The position numbers and the translations under genes are program-made. This document shows positions 18,080 to 30,461 of a stretch of 64,000 nucleotides of DNA, piece after piece. The stretch covers positions 6,386,001-6,450,000 of the forward strand of contig NW_024704751.1 in NCBI RefSeq assembly GCF_018977255.1. Direction: 5' to 3'. This stretch comes from Callorhinchus milii. Taxonomy: Eukaryota. The stretch's first letter is position 1. Each line of letters begins with the position of its first letter. The notes below the pieces were generated by a model, which searched no databases, was not told the DNA's origin, and saw only the letters and a program-made list of their open reading frames with translations.

Positions 18080-18470
18080 CTTTATTTGAGACTTTATTGG
18101 GGAAACAGCAGGGAGCTGTGGGCTAAGGAATGGGAGACATCTGTGGTCTGAGACTTGTGGGGATTTAGGAATTCGAGGTCCTGCGAACAGCCACGTTGTG
18201 AATAGTTTTAAAGAGGGATTGGGAGGAGGAGGGGGGGATGAAGGAGAAAGGAAGGGAGAGACACCAGGAGTAAAGGCTTGCAACAGTGCAACAGCAAAAT
18301 AAAGGACACAGAGAGAGAGAGAGAGGGATAACTTGCTTTATTTTAAATGCAAACTCTATTCTATTTCCCAAACCAAAGGGATCCACCTTTTTCTCAAATA
18401 AGAAGAACTAAGAAAAAAACAACAGACTTCCAGTGCATTGACTCAAGATTGATTCTGCAGAACCCACAAG
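18080..18470 (+). other. Candidate non-coding 5' exon of RAB34
   Basis: Strong donor AAG|GTAAGA at 18470, and an acceptor at about 20404 ahead of the ATG exon. The start coordinate is a guess. Confidence 0.35.
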
Positions 18471-19949
18471 GTAAGAGAGAAAGAGAGAGAGAGGGATAGA
18501 GAGAAAGAGAGAAAAGAGGGTGGAAAGGAACACAAATCTTGACCCACATTCCTCTCTCTCCTACAGTGCTGTTAAAAACCCACTCCGCTGATCGCTCGAT
18601 GGATTTTAACGTTATCTGAAGCCTTTTTTTTTTTGCCTCTTGAGTTAGTTCACTGTTGCAAAAAGTTTGCAAAGCAAAGAGTTGGGTTAAAGGATTAACA
18701 CTGGGACTTGATATAAAAATGTTCTTGGGGGAGGGTGGGGTGGGGTGGAGTGGGGGGGTTTAAACTTATTTTTATCCCTTCTGATACCAACGATGTAAGT
18801 TTTTCTTTTTTTAAAAAAAACACACCAGTCCCCCTCCTCCCCTCCAAAAAAAAAAGATATATCACAGTTTCCATCCAGTTCACTGCAGTGATCTAACTCA
18901 TCAAAACTTTTAAGACAGTTGCCAAAACTTTCAGAGAGACCCAAAGGAAAGGAGAGAGAAAGAGAGAGGGGATGTGTTAAGATTTTGCACTGTGTCTCTG
19001 TCTGTGATCTCAAAAGGTTGTATATTTTGCTCTTTTTTGGTGGATTGTTAACTGTGTGTGTGTGTGTGTGTGTTTGTTAATTGAGGAAAGGGGGGATAAT
19101 ATTGGCAGAGAGAGTGACTTTCTTTTACAGTGGTGGGATATTTGTTACCATAGAGTCAGATGAATAATGCAAGCAGACACAGAGCAAAACAATGACACAG
19201 TAACTTGGAGTGGACAAACATTCTGATGGCTCACTCTTAACATTTACAGTGGCATCCTTCCAAACCCCGAGGAAATCAAGTCTGGTTAAGTTTCCGGAAG
19301 AGACGGAGAGAAAAAGAGAGAGAGAGAGAGAGAGAGAGAATTAATGACCATTTTAAACCACTGTTGTGAACGAATGACCAAAGTTCTCCCTTTTCCACTC
19401 AAGCGTACTCAGTCCCACTCGCTCGTTCGCTCTCAAGAGACTAAGCCGAAAAAGGGTGCCAAGTTTTAGTTTTAGTTTGAGTAGGGGCGGGTGGGGGAGG
19501 AGGGGGGGGGGGGGGGCGAGAAGAGGCTAACTTTCTAGAAGTGTAGAGAAACAGCGCAAATCAGAACAGATTTCATCTCCCCCCCGACTAAGGCCCCTGA
19601 GAAATAAATAGCTTTCGAATTCTAAGATTTTTGTGGGGCATTCCTAAATTCAATCTCAATTTGGCCAACCGCTTTTCTCCCCAAAGCCCTTCGAAGAAAA
19701 CAAGGGGGACTGGCTTCCAAATCAGAGCTGGATTTAAGATTTTTCTTCCAACAGTTCTGCCCTCTTCAATAATCTGAAGACAAAAGGGTCTCCGATAACA
19801 AGACAAGGCAAGGTTAGGTGGGATTTTGAGTCTCAAAGCTCCTATCTCTTGAGCACGCTCTCTCCTCCTCCCCCCCCCACCCCCTCCCCCCACCCAATCT
19901 TGCTTCCCAGTGAGATCAGTACCATCTGTCAGCAGGCTGGTCAACGGAT

Positions 19950-20385
19950 CTAGTGTCTCAGTCGTTAGCGCTCTCGCCTCTGAGTCAGAAGGTTGTGGGT
20001 TCAATCCCCCACGTCAGGATTTGGAATCGCACAGTCTAAGCTGACACTCCAGTGCAGCTCCGAGGGAGTGTTGCATTGTCGGAGGTGCCGTCCTTCGGAT
20101 GAGACGTTAAACCGAGGTCCCGTCTGCCTGTTCACGTGGGGGTTAAGGATCCCACGGCGCTGTTCAGAAAGAGAAGAGAGTTTCTCTCTCCCGGGGTCCT
20201 GGACGATAATCCCCCCCCCAATACAAAATTGGTCAATTGTTTCATGGCTGTTTGTGGGACACTGATGTACGTGATTGTGCTGCTGCGTTCGTCACTCCAT
20301 TTCACAGTATATCCTGTGAAGCGCTTTAAGACGTCTCGACGATGTGATAAGGCCCTAAATCAAATGCAAGGTTTATTCTTATTAA
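19950..20385 (+). mobile_element. Deu-domain SINE (SacSINE1/EshSINE-like)
   Basis: ctctcgcctctgagtcagaaggttgtgggttcaa head, then the gctgacactccagtgcag..gtcggaggtgccgtc..gatgagacgttaaaccgagg core. Further copies at about 2008-2100, 16405-16845 (-), 23270-23470, 24855-25270, 35905-36060 and 38725-38930. Confidence 0.8.
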
Positions 20386-20544
20386 TCTTATTATTGTTGT
20401 CTAGACCCTGCGGACAGACTTGCGTGTGCTTGTGGACACCTGATGAGGGTTAGGATTGGGCTGTACTGAGCTGAGTCACGACACACAGTCTGCTGTCACG
20501 TTCGAAGTCTCTGACGATCTCCTTCGCTACCAGCAGCTGTGAAG

Positions 20545-23500
20545 ATGAGCGTACTTCCTCCGGTCAGAAGAGATCGAATCGTCACCGAGTTGCCACCGGT
20601 AAAGTAGAGACTTCTCTCTGGTTTGAAACCTCGCTGCCACTCTTTCCAGAATCTCTTATAAACAACAACAGTTTGTGTTTAGACAGCGCCTTTCCTAGGG
20701 GTTGGGGGGAGAGGAGCGGAGAGAGAGCGTCTCAAATAGGCAAATTCTCACTATTCCACCCTCAAGTCTGGCTGCCGTGTTTTGTTCGCCCGCAAAGTAA
20801 CACACAGTCACACCACCTAACTGTATATACCCTGCAAAACAGTTTAGACATCACAAAGATGTGATAAGGCGTGGTATCTAACACAGGCATTGTATAACAA
20901 CAACAGCAACGAATGAGTAATTCAGGACATGACACGTGCACGCAACTGCCAGGAAGGTAGAAGGCAAATTGGATGGACCTTGATCGTTCTTCATCCAGCA
21001 TTTCCTATATTCTTATATAGAGCCTTTCACGTTGGGAGCACGTCCCAATTAATATTATTATTATTATAAGCTACATCACACAATCCCAACAATGGGGTGT
21101 TTACCGGTGATGTTTATCGTGATTTGTGTGAGGCCACTTTTGTTATTAAGCGGCGCAGATTTTTGTCTTGGGTGGTGGTGGGTGGGTGGGGGGGGGGGGG
21201 TGAGAAAGTACTGGGGAAAATGAAAGAAAGCGCTGCTTGTGAAATCTGAGCGCAGTGGGTGGCAGGATTGTACCTGTAAGAACTTAAACCTTAACGTGTG
21301 TGTGTGTGTGGGAGGGGGGGGTTGGGAGAGAACTGTATTCTGTTCCCCGCTTCCCCCTATATGATTTTGGATTGAATGGGAATCACTGGTTTGATTGAAC
21401 GACGCCTCCGGTTTCGAACTAAACCCTCTTTCGCTGTGTACAGATTATTCACTGCCGAGCTGTGCCAGAACAGCCCCCGGGTTGTCTCAGTCTTTGTCGC
21501 GAAGGCTGTTATCAAAAAACGCCGTGAAATAGGTGGCTCCTGTCCGGACACGCCTGGCAACTGAGCACTCGTTAGACAACCCACCGGAATGCACAGCTCA
21601 AGCTGTCTGTGGCCTCAGCCAAGATTACCTCTTACTGTGTGGTCTCACCTTGCAATCCCTAAACCCCGGGGGCCAGACCAGCTCAATCATATCCGAAATG
21701 CCTCAAAGTACATGAACGTACATTGAATATGTTTATACAGTGTGTAGGATTACGCTGTTCTTTTAGCATTTCAACTCAACATGATTTTTTTCCCCCTTCC
21801 CACCAGCAACGACGACGACAACTTGCATTTTACACCGCGCCCTTCACGCAGGGTTGGCGTCTCACGTCCCGTAACCGGTTCGCTTTCTGGGGGTAATAAT
21901 TTCCCCCCCCCCGCCACCCCAAACCCCCAAAAAAGTATATATATTTGGTCGCTCAATCCACGACCATTTAAGGGGGACACTACTGTGCGCCATTGGCTGC
22001 CACATTTCGCCCACAAAATACACTGAATCGATCCACCTGACAATGTGTTCTGTTAAAAATGCTTTGAGACGTCTCAACGACGTGATAAGGCGCTGCATCA
22101 AAAGCAAGGTTAATTATTATTATTATAAGTCAGTCTGACGTCCATGACCTCTGGTTTTACAGTGTTTCACAAGAGAATCTGCTCTGCACACCAAAGACAT
22201 ATTCCACCCCAAGGTGAAGAAGGCTTGTCAAGATGACAGAACGGGAACCGTTGGGTAAGCTCCCCTCTGGGGGACTTCAAAGTAGATTAATCTCAGCTAA
22301 GTATCTCCTAGACATATTAATTGGACGTGCGCTGTGACAAGGCTTGGTGAGATGGGTGGGTGGGGGGGGGGAGGGGAGAGGTGGCTGGAAGGTATGGAAA
22401 ATAATAACCCTTACATTTGCTATACAGCCTGTCACGTTGGGAGGACATCCCAAAGCGCTTCACCTGTTTACTGAGCAGTAAGTAGGGCGCTGGCTGTTAG
22501 TCAATTGATTGATCGCTCTCCGAGGGATTTAATCCCACCCCCTCACCAAAAAAAATTGCGGTCACTCTATCCACGACTGTTGGCCTTCGTTGCCATAGAA
22601 AATACCAATTACACGGTGTAATTTGCTATGTTTCCTAATGCGCTGAACACCACAGGGCAAGTCTGAAGAAGCAGAGGGTCTCACTCGATCGTCAGGGAGA
22701 CAGAATAACAACAGACAACTTGCATTTATGCAGCACCCTTCACGTGGGGTAGTGTCTCGGAGGGCTTAAAGAGCACAACTCTCGCACGCTTAGCGGGACG
22801 TACAGGGACAAGGCAGAGGCTAAGAGTATAAAACCTACTTCGGTCTGTGGGGGGGATGTGGCACCGTATAACCTTCGCGCTCCGCGGATTATAATTATAA
22901 TTACAATGCAGCCCCGTTACCTAGCGATGAGAAACACCAGCTGATGGCTACGTGCCACTAATGGCAGAGGGTACACAGAGCTAACTTAGCAACCGAGCAT
23001 TGAAGCAATCATCGAACGTCAGGGACTTGTAACCAGTTAATGGCTGGGAGACTGGACACAGCTTATAATACACACACATGCACACACTACACACACACAC
23101 ACATTTTCCCCGGAACTAACAGATTAGAAAGTCTGCTTCTTGATGAATCATTTTTGTTCTTTGTACATTTCCGTTTCACTTTGTCAGACCTTTTGTTCTC
23201 TTAAATTACAATAGGAAAAGTACTTTAAGGTCAGGACCTGAAGTGTCAGCCTTCACCTCTCTGTGTGTCAGCCTCTCAGTAGTAGCACTCTCTCGCCTCT
23301 GAGTCAGAAGGTTGTGGGTTCAAGCCCCCACATCAGGATTTTGAATCACGTCATCTAAGCTGACGCTCCGGTGGAGTGCTGGGGGTGCTTTGAATTGTCG
23401 GAGGCGCCATCCTTTGGATGAGACGTTAAACCGAGATCCCGGCTGTCCGTCCAGGCAGACGTTAAAGATCCCCTCTTTTCTTAAACAGAGCCTCAGCTAT

Positions 23501-26500
23501 TTTTCCTGCAAATTTCTTGTAAGAATGAACAGAAAACCAGTTCGAATGTTCAGAGCGGATTTGAGAAATCCTGAGCAGCGACGTCAATCTAAAGGAAATC
23601 GCTTGACTCGAACGGAATTTTATCTCAAAGGTTTTTTCCTCTCCCTCAGCCCCCCCCCCACACACACATACACACGCACACCAACTGTTTGTATAAGCAA
23701 ATATTATTTTTCCTTTCAGGTTGAAGATTTCCAAAATTATTGTGGTCGGAGACCTGTCTGTAGGGAAAACATGTTTAATTAATCGGTAAGTACAGCAGCA
23801 GCAGTAGCAGCAACAACAACAACAACATGCATTTATACAGCGTCCATCACACTGTGTTTTCCTGTGAAGCGCTTTGAGACAATACAACACAAATCTACAT
23901 TTACATAGCGCGTTTCCACGTGATGGAGGGGACGAGCGAGTCGGGGCGGGTGGGTGGGTGGGTGGGTGGGTGGGGGGGATTCAGTGGATGGAGTTCCCTA
24001 GAGTTGTAGGCTGATTTGCCAGGGTTGTTATTTATTGTTCTGACTCTTGTGTTCCCCCCCCACCCCACCTCAGGTTCTGTAAGAACACCTTTGACAAGAA
24101 TTACAAGGCTACCATCGGGGTTGACTTCGAGATGGAACGTTTCGAAGTGTTGGGCGTCCCCTTCAGTCTACAGCTGTACGTAGTGGCCACGCTCACAACA
24201 TGCGGTTAATGAGACACCTTATCCATTCCGCCCCTTGTCTGAGCCATCAGATGTTGAACCGGGTTCCCGTCTGCCTGTCCAGGTGGACGTTAAAGATTCC
24301 CACGGTCATGATTCGAAAAGATCAAGGAGTTTCTCTTCCCCGACGACCTCAAATAAATTTGGTCACTCAATCCGTGGCTGTTTGTGAAACATTACAGCAA
24401 ACTGGCTGCTGCGTTTCACCCCCCACATAAAATACACAGTCACTCCACTTTACAGTATATTCTGTGAAGCGCTTTGAGACGCCTCAACGATGTGATAAGG
24501 CGCTGTATCAAATGCAAGGATTATTATAAATATTCCGTCTGGCCGAGAGATGGTTGGCACCTCATTTTTTTTCCCCCGCGTGATGCAAGTGTGAATCTTC
24601 TGAGTGAATGTAACCTAAGGGCAGGAGACCAGAGAGCAGGTGAATCATTTCAATGTTATTTTTCTTCTTTTTCCCCATTAGGTGGGACACAGCCGGGCAA
24701 GAGAGGTTTAAGTGTATCGCATCAACCTACTACAGAGGAGCACAAGGTCTATTAATTTTACAAACATATTGTTATGATCAGCCTTTAGGGCTCCAAAATT
24801 CGGAGCTGTTCTGAGCGAAGAACACTATGTGAATTCAGCCGGGCTCGTTGTCAGCCTGGTTCAGTGGTAACTCTCACTCGCCTCTTGAGTCAGAAGGTCG
24901 TGGGTTCGAGCCTCACATCAGGACTTGGAATCACACAGACTAAACTGACATTGGGGGTGTGTTGCATTGTCGGAGGTGCCGTCCTTTAGATGAGACATTA
25001 ACCCGAGGTCCCGTCTGCCTGTTCAGGTGGATGTTAAAGATCCCATGGCTCTATTGGAAAAGAGAAGGGAGTGTCCTGGTCAACGTTACCACAAATAAAA
25101 ATGGTCACTCACCTCATGGCTGTTTGTGGGACATTGCTGTGCGCAAACCGGCTGTCGCTTTTCGCCCATAAAATACACAGTCACTGCACTTTGCAGTATA
25201 TCCTGGGAAGCGCTTTGAGACACCTCAATGACTTGAGAAGGCGCTGTATCAAATGCAAGAATTATTATTTTTATCATCATCAAATGCAAGCCGTTGTAAT
25301 TTGCTTGTCTGTGTTTCCCAAACAACAGCAACTTGTGTTTGTGTAGCGCCCTTTACGCTGAAGAGCTTTGGTTTCCTGTAGACAGGTTTGCTGAATGTTT
25401 TGCCTGTTATGTTCTTGCTTCCAGCCATTATAATCGTGTTCGATGTGAACGATATCGAGTCTCTTGATCACGTGAAGTAAGTGGTCGGACACAGGATTCT
25501 TGGGTTACGTCGGGGATCGTTCCATCCGCGCCTTCGCTTCCGAGGGGAGTCGCGTTTGACATAAAGGCAGTCGCATGCAGTGACTAACCAGCGCTCATCG
25601 CCCCCAGATCTACTCTCTATCAAATGCAAGGATTATTACTATTATTACTATTATTATTATTTGGATGTTCTTTCCTCAGACAATGGCTAAAAGATGCCCT
25701 GAAAGAAAATGACCCAACCTCCGTACTGCTATTCTTAGTTGGGACAAAGAAAGACATCAGCGTGAGTGCAACTGTTAGGAACTCTCTTATATTCAATCCA
25801 CGACTGTTTGTGGGACACCGCTCTGCGCAATTGGCTGCCTCGTTTGGCCCACAAAGTCAATTCACTCGACGGTCTATCCCGTGAAGCGTTTTGCGGACGT
25901 CTCGAAGACGGGATATAAGGCGCCGTGTCGGACGCGAGGATTATTAAAAAGAAAATGCAAGGATTGTTGATTCCGCAAAGTCACCTTAAACGTTCGGACA
26001 AAACACGGAGCTGTTGCGAGATTAGGAATAAGCAGCTTCGCGGCTGACGTTCCTTTCTGCTTTTCTTTTCTTTTCTTTTCTTTTTTTGCTCCGTGTTCAC
26101 CCCGGTTCTCCTTCTGCCTTTCAGTCAGCCAGCCAGTACTCCCTGATCGAGAAAGACGCCATCCAGATCGCGAAGGAGATGAGAGCTGAGTATTGGGCGC
26201 TGTCTTCTCTGACAGGTGAGTGAGTGGCCGAGGGCCGAGCCCGCGAATGGGCTTCAAAATCGAGGCCGGCGTTTAGGGATCGCGCTGAGAGGCGAAAGCA
26301 CTGGAGTTGATTCCGGATCCCGGTGGGATGTCTCCTGACTGGTATCACTCTCTTGTTTCTCCACTAGATGGTACACCAGTGTACCGTACACAAGTGCTCC
26401 CTCCAGTGGCCTCATCTCCCCCCCCCCCAACCACGAAAAAACCCCGCAGGCAGCTTACTTAATGCTGCGCTGTAAAGGGAGTGGAGTTTGATTGACGGCT

Positions 26501-28298
26501 GCAGTTTGAGGGATATGGACTAGTAACCCACTGATTGACGGCCCTCTCATGCCAAGGGAGTCGGGTAGCTGATCCACTATATAAATCCATAAATCCATAA
26601 CTTTTTGTGTGGAGTCCTGTAGCTCAGTGGTTAGAGCACTCGCTTTGCAAGAGAGAGACCTGAGTTCAATTCCAGGCAGAGGGCGAAACCTTGGGCAAGT
26701 TTCCTTACTCCACACAGAGCCTAATAATAATCCCTCCAAAACCAAAAACAATAATAAATTGGTCATACAACTGTTTGTGGGACATTGCTGTACGCAATTG
26801 GCTGCCGCGTTTCGCCCACAAATATACAGTCAATTCACTTTACAGTGTGTTCTGTGAAGCGCTTTGGGACGTCCTCCTGACGTGAAAAGCGCTATATCAA
26901 ATGCAAGGATTATTAACTCATACTTCACCAACAAAGCGTGTGTGTATTTGTGTGTGTGTGATGGTAATAATACAGTAATAATAACCCTCGCATTTGATGT
27001 AGCGCCTTATCACGCCGTCGTCTGAAATGCGACATCAATCTAGCGGAAATCTCTTGACTCGGAACACCTTCGAGACGTCTCAAAGCGCTTCACGGAATTA
27101 TACTGTGAAGTGAAGTGACTGTGTATTTTGCGAGGGCGAGCAGCGGCAGACAATTGCGCAGAGCAGTGTCCCACAAACAGTCGTGGGTTGAGTGGCCAAA
27201 TTATTATGATTAGTTATTATTTATTTTTCGAAGGGTTTATTACCCCCCCCGTGATTGCATGTGTGTGTAGCTGTTCACGTGTGTGTGTGTGTGCGCGTGT
27301 GTGTGTGGTTGGATGTGTGCGATTGTCCGTGTGTATAGTCACGCGTGCACAGTTGTGCGTGTGTGTGATTGTGTGTGTGTGTGTGTTGAGAGACCACCTG
27401 AGGAGGTTTGATGCGTTCAACCCTGATGGTCCGTCAACACGGACACAACTGCACCTGTGCCATGAGACTGAGTTAACACCCTCCTCTCCGTGACCTCTCA
27501 CACCCCCCCCACCCCACCCCACCCCCTCCCCAGGTGAGAACGTCAAGGAGTTTTTCTTCAGGGTGGCTTCCCTCACCTTCGAAGCCAACGTACTGTCCGA
27601 GCTGGAAAAGACCAGCCCCAGGAAGATCGGCGATGTGGTCCGTAAGTATAAACACAGCGCAGAAACCACAGCCCCCCCCTCACCCCCACCCGGATCAGAT
27701 CACAATGCTGGGGGGCGCGTTACATCAAGGGAGACGCCGTGCTTTGCCCAGACGTTAGTTAACCCAAATCCTCGTCCGTGCCCTGTTTAGGCGGACGTAA
27801 ATTACTCCACGGCGCTGTTGGAGAAGACGAGGGAGTTTCCTCTCTCCCCGTGTACCGGCCCTGATAAAAAATCGGTTGTTCGCTTCACGGCTGTTTCCCC
27901 GGACGTCGCTGTGCGCTAAATTGGCTGCCGGGTTCGTCTAAGAGTACACATTCACCGCACTTTACGGTAAACCCCACAAAGCACGTTGAGGTGTCCGGGC
28001 AACGTGATGAGGCTCTGCGTCAAAATGTACTGTCGTGAAACCAGGAGACACCTCAAGCCCGTGAAGTGCAGAGAGGGGGACGAAGTGTATACAATACAAC
28101 AGAAGATTACATTTGTACGGCGCCTTTCACACCGGGAGGACGTTCCAAGCGCTCATTTATTTAAGTAAAGGATGACTTTGCTGAGGTCAGCCCTTTATTC
28201 AGTTACCTTTCTCTCTCCCGCCGGTTCAAGGCATCAACAACAACGACAAGAATCCCTACCAGAGAAGGAAGAAATCCAGGTCCGACTGTTGTCAATGA
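20545..28298 (+). CDS. RAB34: Ras-related protein Rab-34, 259 aa. Exons 20545-20598, 22163-22254, 23720-23785, 24074-24175, 24682-24746, 25425-25476, 25680-25761, 26125-26215, 27534-27641, 28231-28298.
   Basis: [80 protein letters not shown]-terminal CCQ. Exons sum to 780 nt in frame. Divergent from RPL23A, as in human. Confidence 0.98.
26611..26914 (+). mobile_element. tRNA-derived SINE, full length, in RAB34 intron 8
   Basis: tRNA-like head, core gtgcgcaattggctgccgcg-like segment, and tail gaagcgctttgggacgtc..aaatgcaaggattatt. Confidence 0.9.
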
Positions 28299-28499
28299 TG
28301 AACGAGTGTTTCAGCTGCGTTTTGCACATGTGTTCAGTTCGGAACCAAAGAAAGAGCTCACGGCAGGAAAAGCAGCATCTGCTGTGATTGTGACCAGCTC
28401 CACATGGTACGGGATAATAAGCCAGACTACTCAGTCCTCCACACAAGCCTCCAGTGGTGGGTGGGGGGGCTTTCTCCTCTCCCCCTCCCCACCCCAACC

Positions 28500-28530
<31 letters not shown>

Positions 28531-28637
28531 ACGCACAACCACCAACTCGAAATCCTGCCCAAGCTCCTGCTTGAGTCACCTTAAGGTGGAACGTTGGAAT
28601 CTCAGCTGTGACTGATGCTGTGTTTAATCCTACACCG

Positions 28638-29243
28638 CACATACCCACCCACCCACACATACACACCCACCCACACATTCCCACCCACCCACATACCCCA
28701 CACATACACACCACCCACACATACCACCACCCACACATACACACCCACCACACATACCCACCCACCCACACATACACCCACCCACACATACCACCCACCC
28801 ACACATACCCACCCACCCACACATACACACCCCACCCACACATACCCAACCCACCCACACATACACCCCCCACATACACACCCACCACACATACCACACC
28901 CACACATACACACCCAACCCACACATACCCACCCACCCACACATACCACCCACCCACACACACACCCACCCACACATACCCACCCACCCACACATACACA
29001 CCCACCCACACATACCCACCCACCCACACATACACACCCACCCACACATACCCACCCACCCACACATACACACCCACCCACACATACACACCCACCCACA
29101 CATACACACCCACCCACACATACACACCCACCCACACATACCCACCCACCCACACATACACACCCACCCACACATACACACCCACCCACACACACATACA
29201 CACCCACCCACACATACACACCCACCCACACACACACACACAC
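28638..29243. repeat. Minisatellite with a unit of about 18 bp (cacatac[a/c]cacccaccca)
   Basis: Directly visible tandem array. The minus strand is (GGGT)n-rich. Confidence 0.95.
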
Positions 29244-30461
29244 AAACAGCCTGAGCGGCGGAATGATCACTGGTATCATCTTAAAGAAGGCGTGAGGTTG
29301 TGGGGAGAGGTCGGGGGAGTGAAGTGGAGAGGGACTGGTGGAATCACACTGAGATGCTGAGAATATGATTCAACTCTGGACTTGGGTGGAAAGATGAGCG
29401 AGACGAGGGGATGACGACTTTTTTTGAGCTTCGAACGTAAAGCACAAGTGTCTGTTTAAACGTAACTCTTCACTGCTCCCTATCACGGTACATTCCCACA
29501 CACACACACCGCCTCATTAACCACTCGCCTTTTCTGTGGTCAGTGTTACAGCCCTTCCTGGTTTGACCTGCCTCTAAACCCATCGTAAGTCCACTGCTTC
29601 GCCTCCATTCCCTCAGCCTAAGGCACGACGCAGTGTTAAGACGATACAGAGTGGGAATTCTTACGGATATTTTAGTTGAGTTACGTCCCTCTTTCTAGCC
29701 TTCTCCCCGCCTTGTGCTCCTTACGACAATACGTTCCTCCCACTCCTGCTGCCACCCACCCCACCAACACCCATCTGAGTTACTGCCATGTCCATAATAA
29801 TAATAATAATCCTTGCAGTTGATATAGCGCCTTATCACGTCATCGAGACGTCTCAAAGCGCTTCACGGTACATACTGTGAAGTGGAGTGACTGTGTTTTG
29901 TGAGTGAAATGTCCACGCATAAAACTCAGGGCGCTCCCCCACCACCCACCCACCCTTTCCCTCCCCCTGAGATTCCTGTCCACTGATTTGGGAGGGGGGG
30001 GTGGGGGGGAGCAGGTGTAAATGCTCTGTCTGTCTCTATATATATATATATAATTTGTGGTTCTCTCCACAACCGCTTTCCGTGTCAATCCAATGGTACT
30101 TGTTTCATCAATAAAGATGGCTTCAATACGGTTTACATTCGCGCTCCGCCTTTCACTTCGAAGCGGGAGGACGTCTCATAAAGAAAGCGCTTCACCCAGA
30201 TGTCTGAGCACCTCCTGGGCCATGCTGTGTGAGGGGGCTGCGGGTGGGTGCGGGGTGGGGAGCCTGAAGAAGGTGGGAGGAGGGGAGGAAAGATGACCGA
30301 AAGCACGGTCAAAGGATTCAGGTTTTTCGTGGGGAGGGGGGGGCCACAAGAGCTAAAAGTTCGCCCACCACTGATGGGCAGATAGAGTGGAGGGGAGAGA
30401 GGAAGAGCGAAGAAGGGGGGGGGGGAGGGAGAGAGAAGAAAGGTGCGATGGCTGTGCTCCA

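Noticed and set aside
26611-26685. tRNA-Ala(TGC)-like sequences (also 14395-14465, 16088-16159, 60349-60428)
   Set aside because: They lack a proper acceptor stem and continue into SINE bodies, so they are SINE heads rather than tRNA genes.
28427-29360. Long ORFs of 200-270 aa on both strands
   Set aside because: Translations of the stop-free minisatellite.
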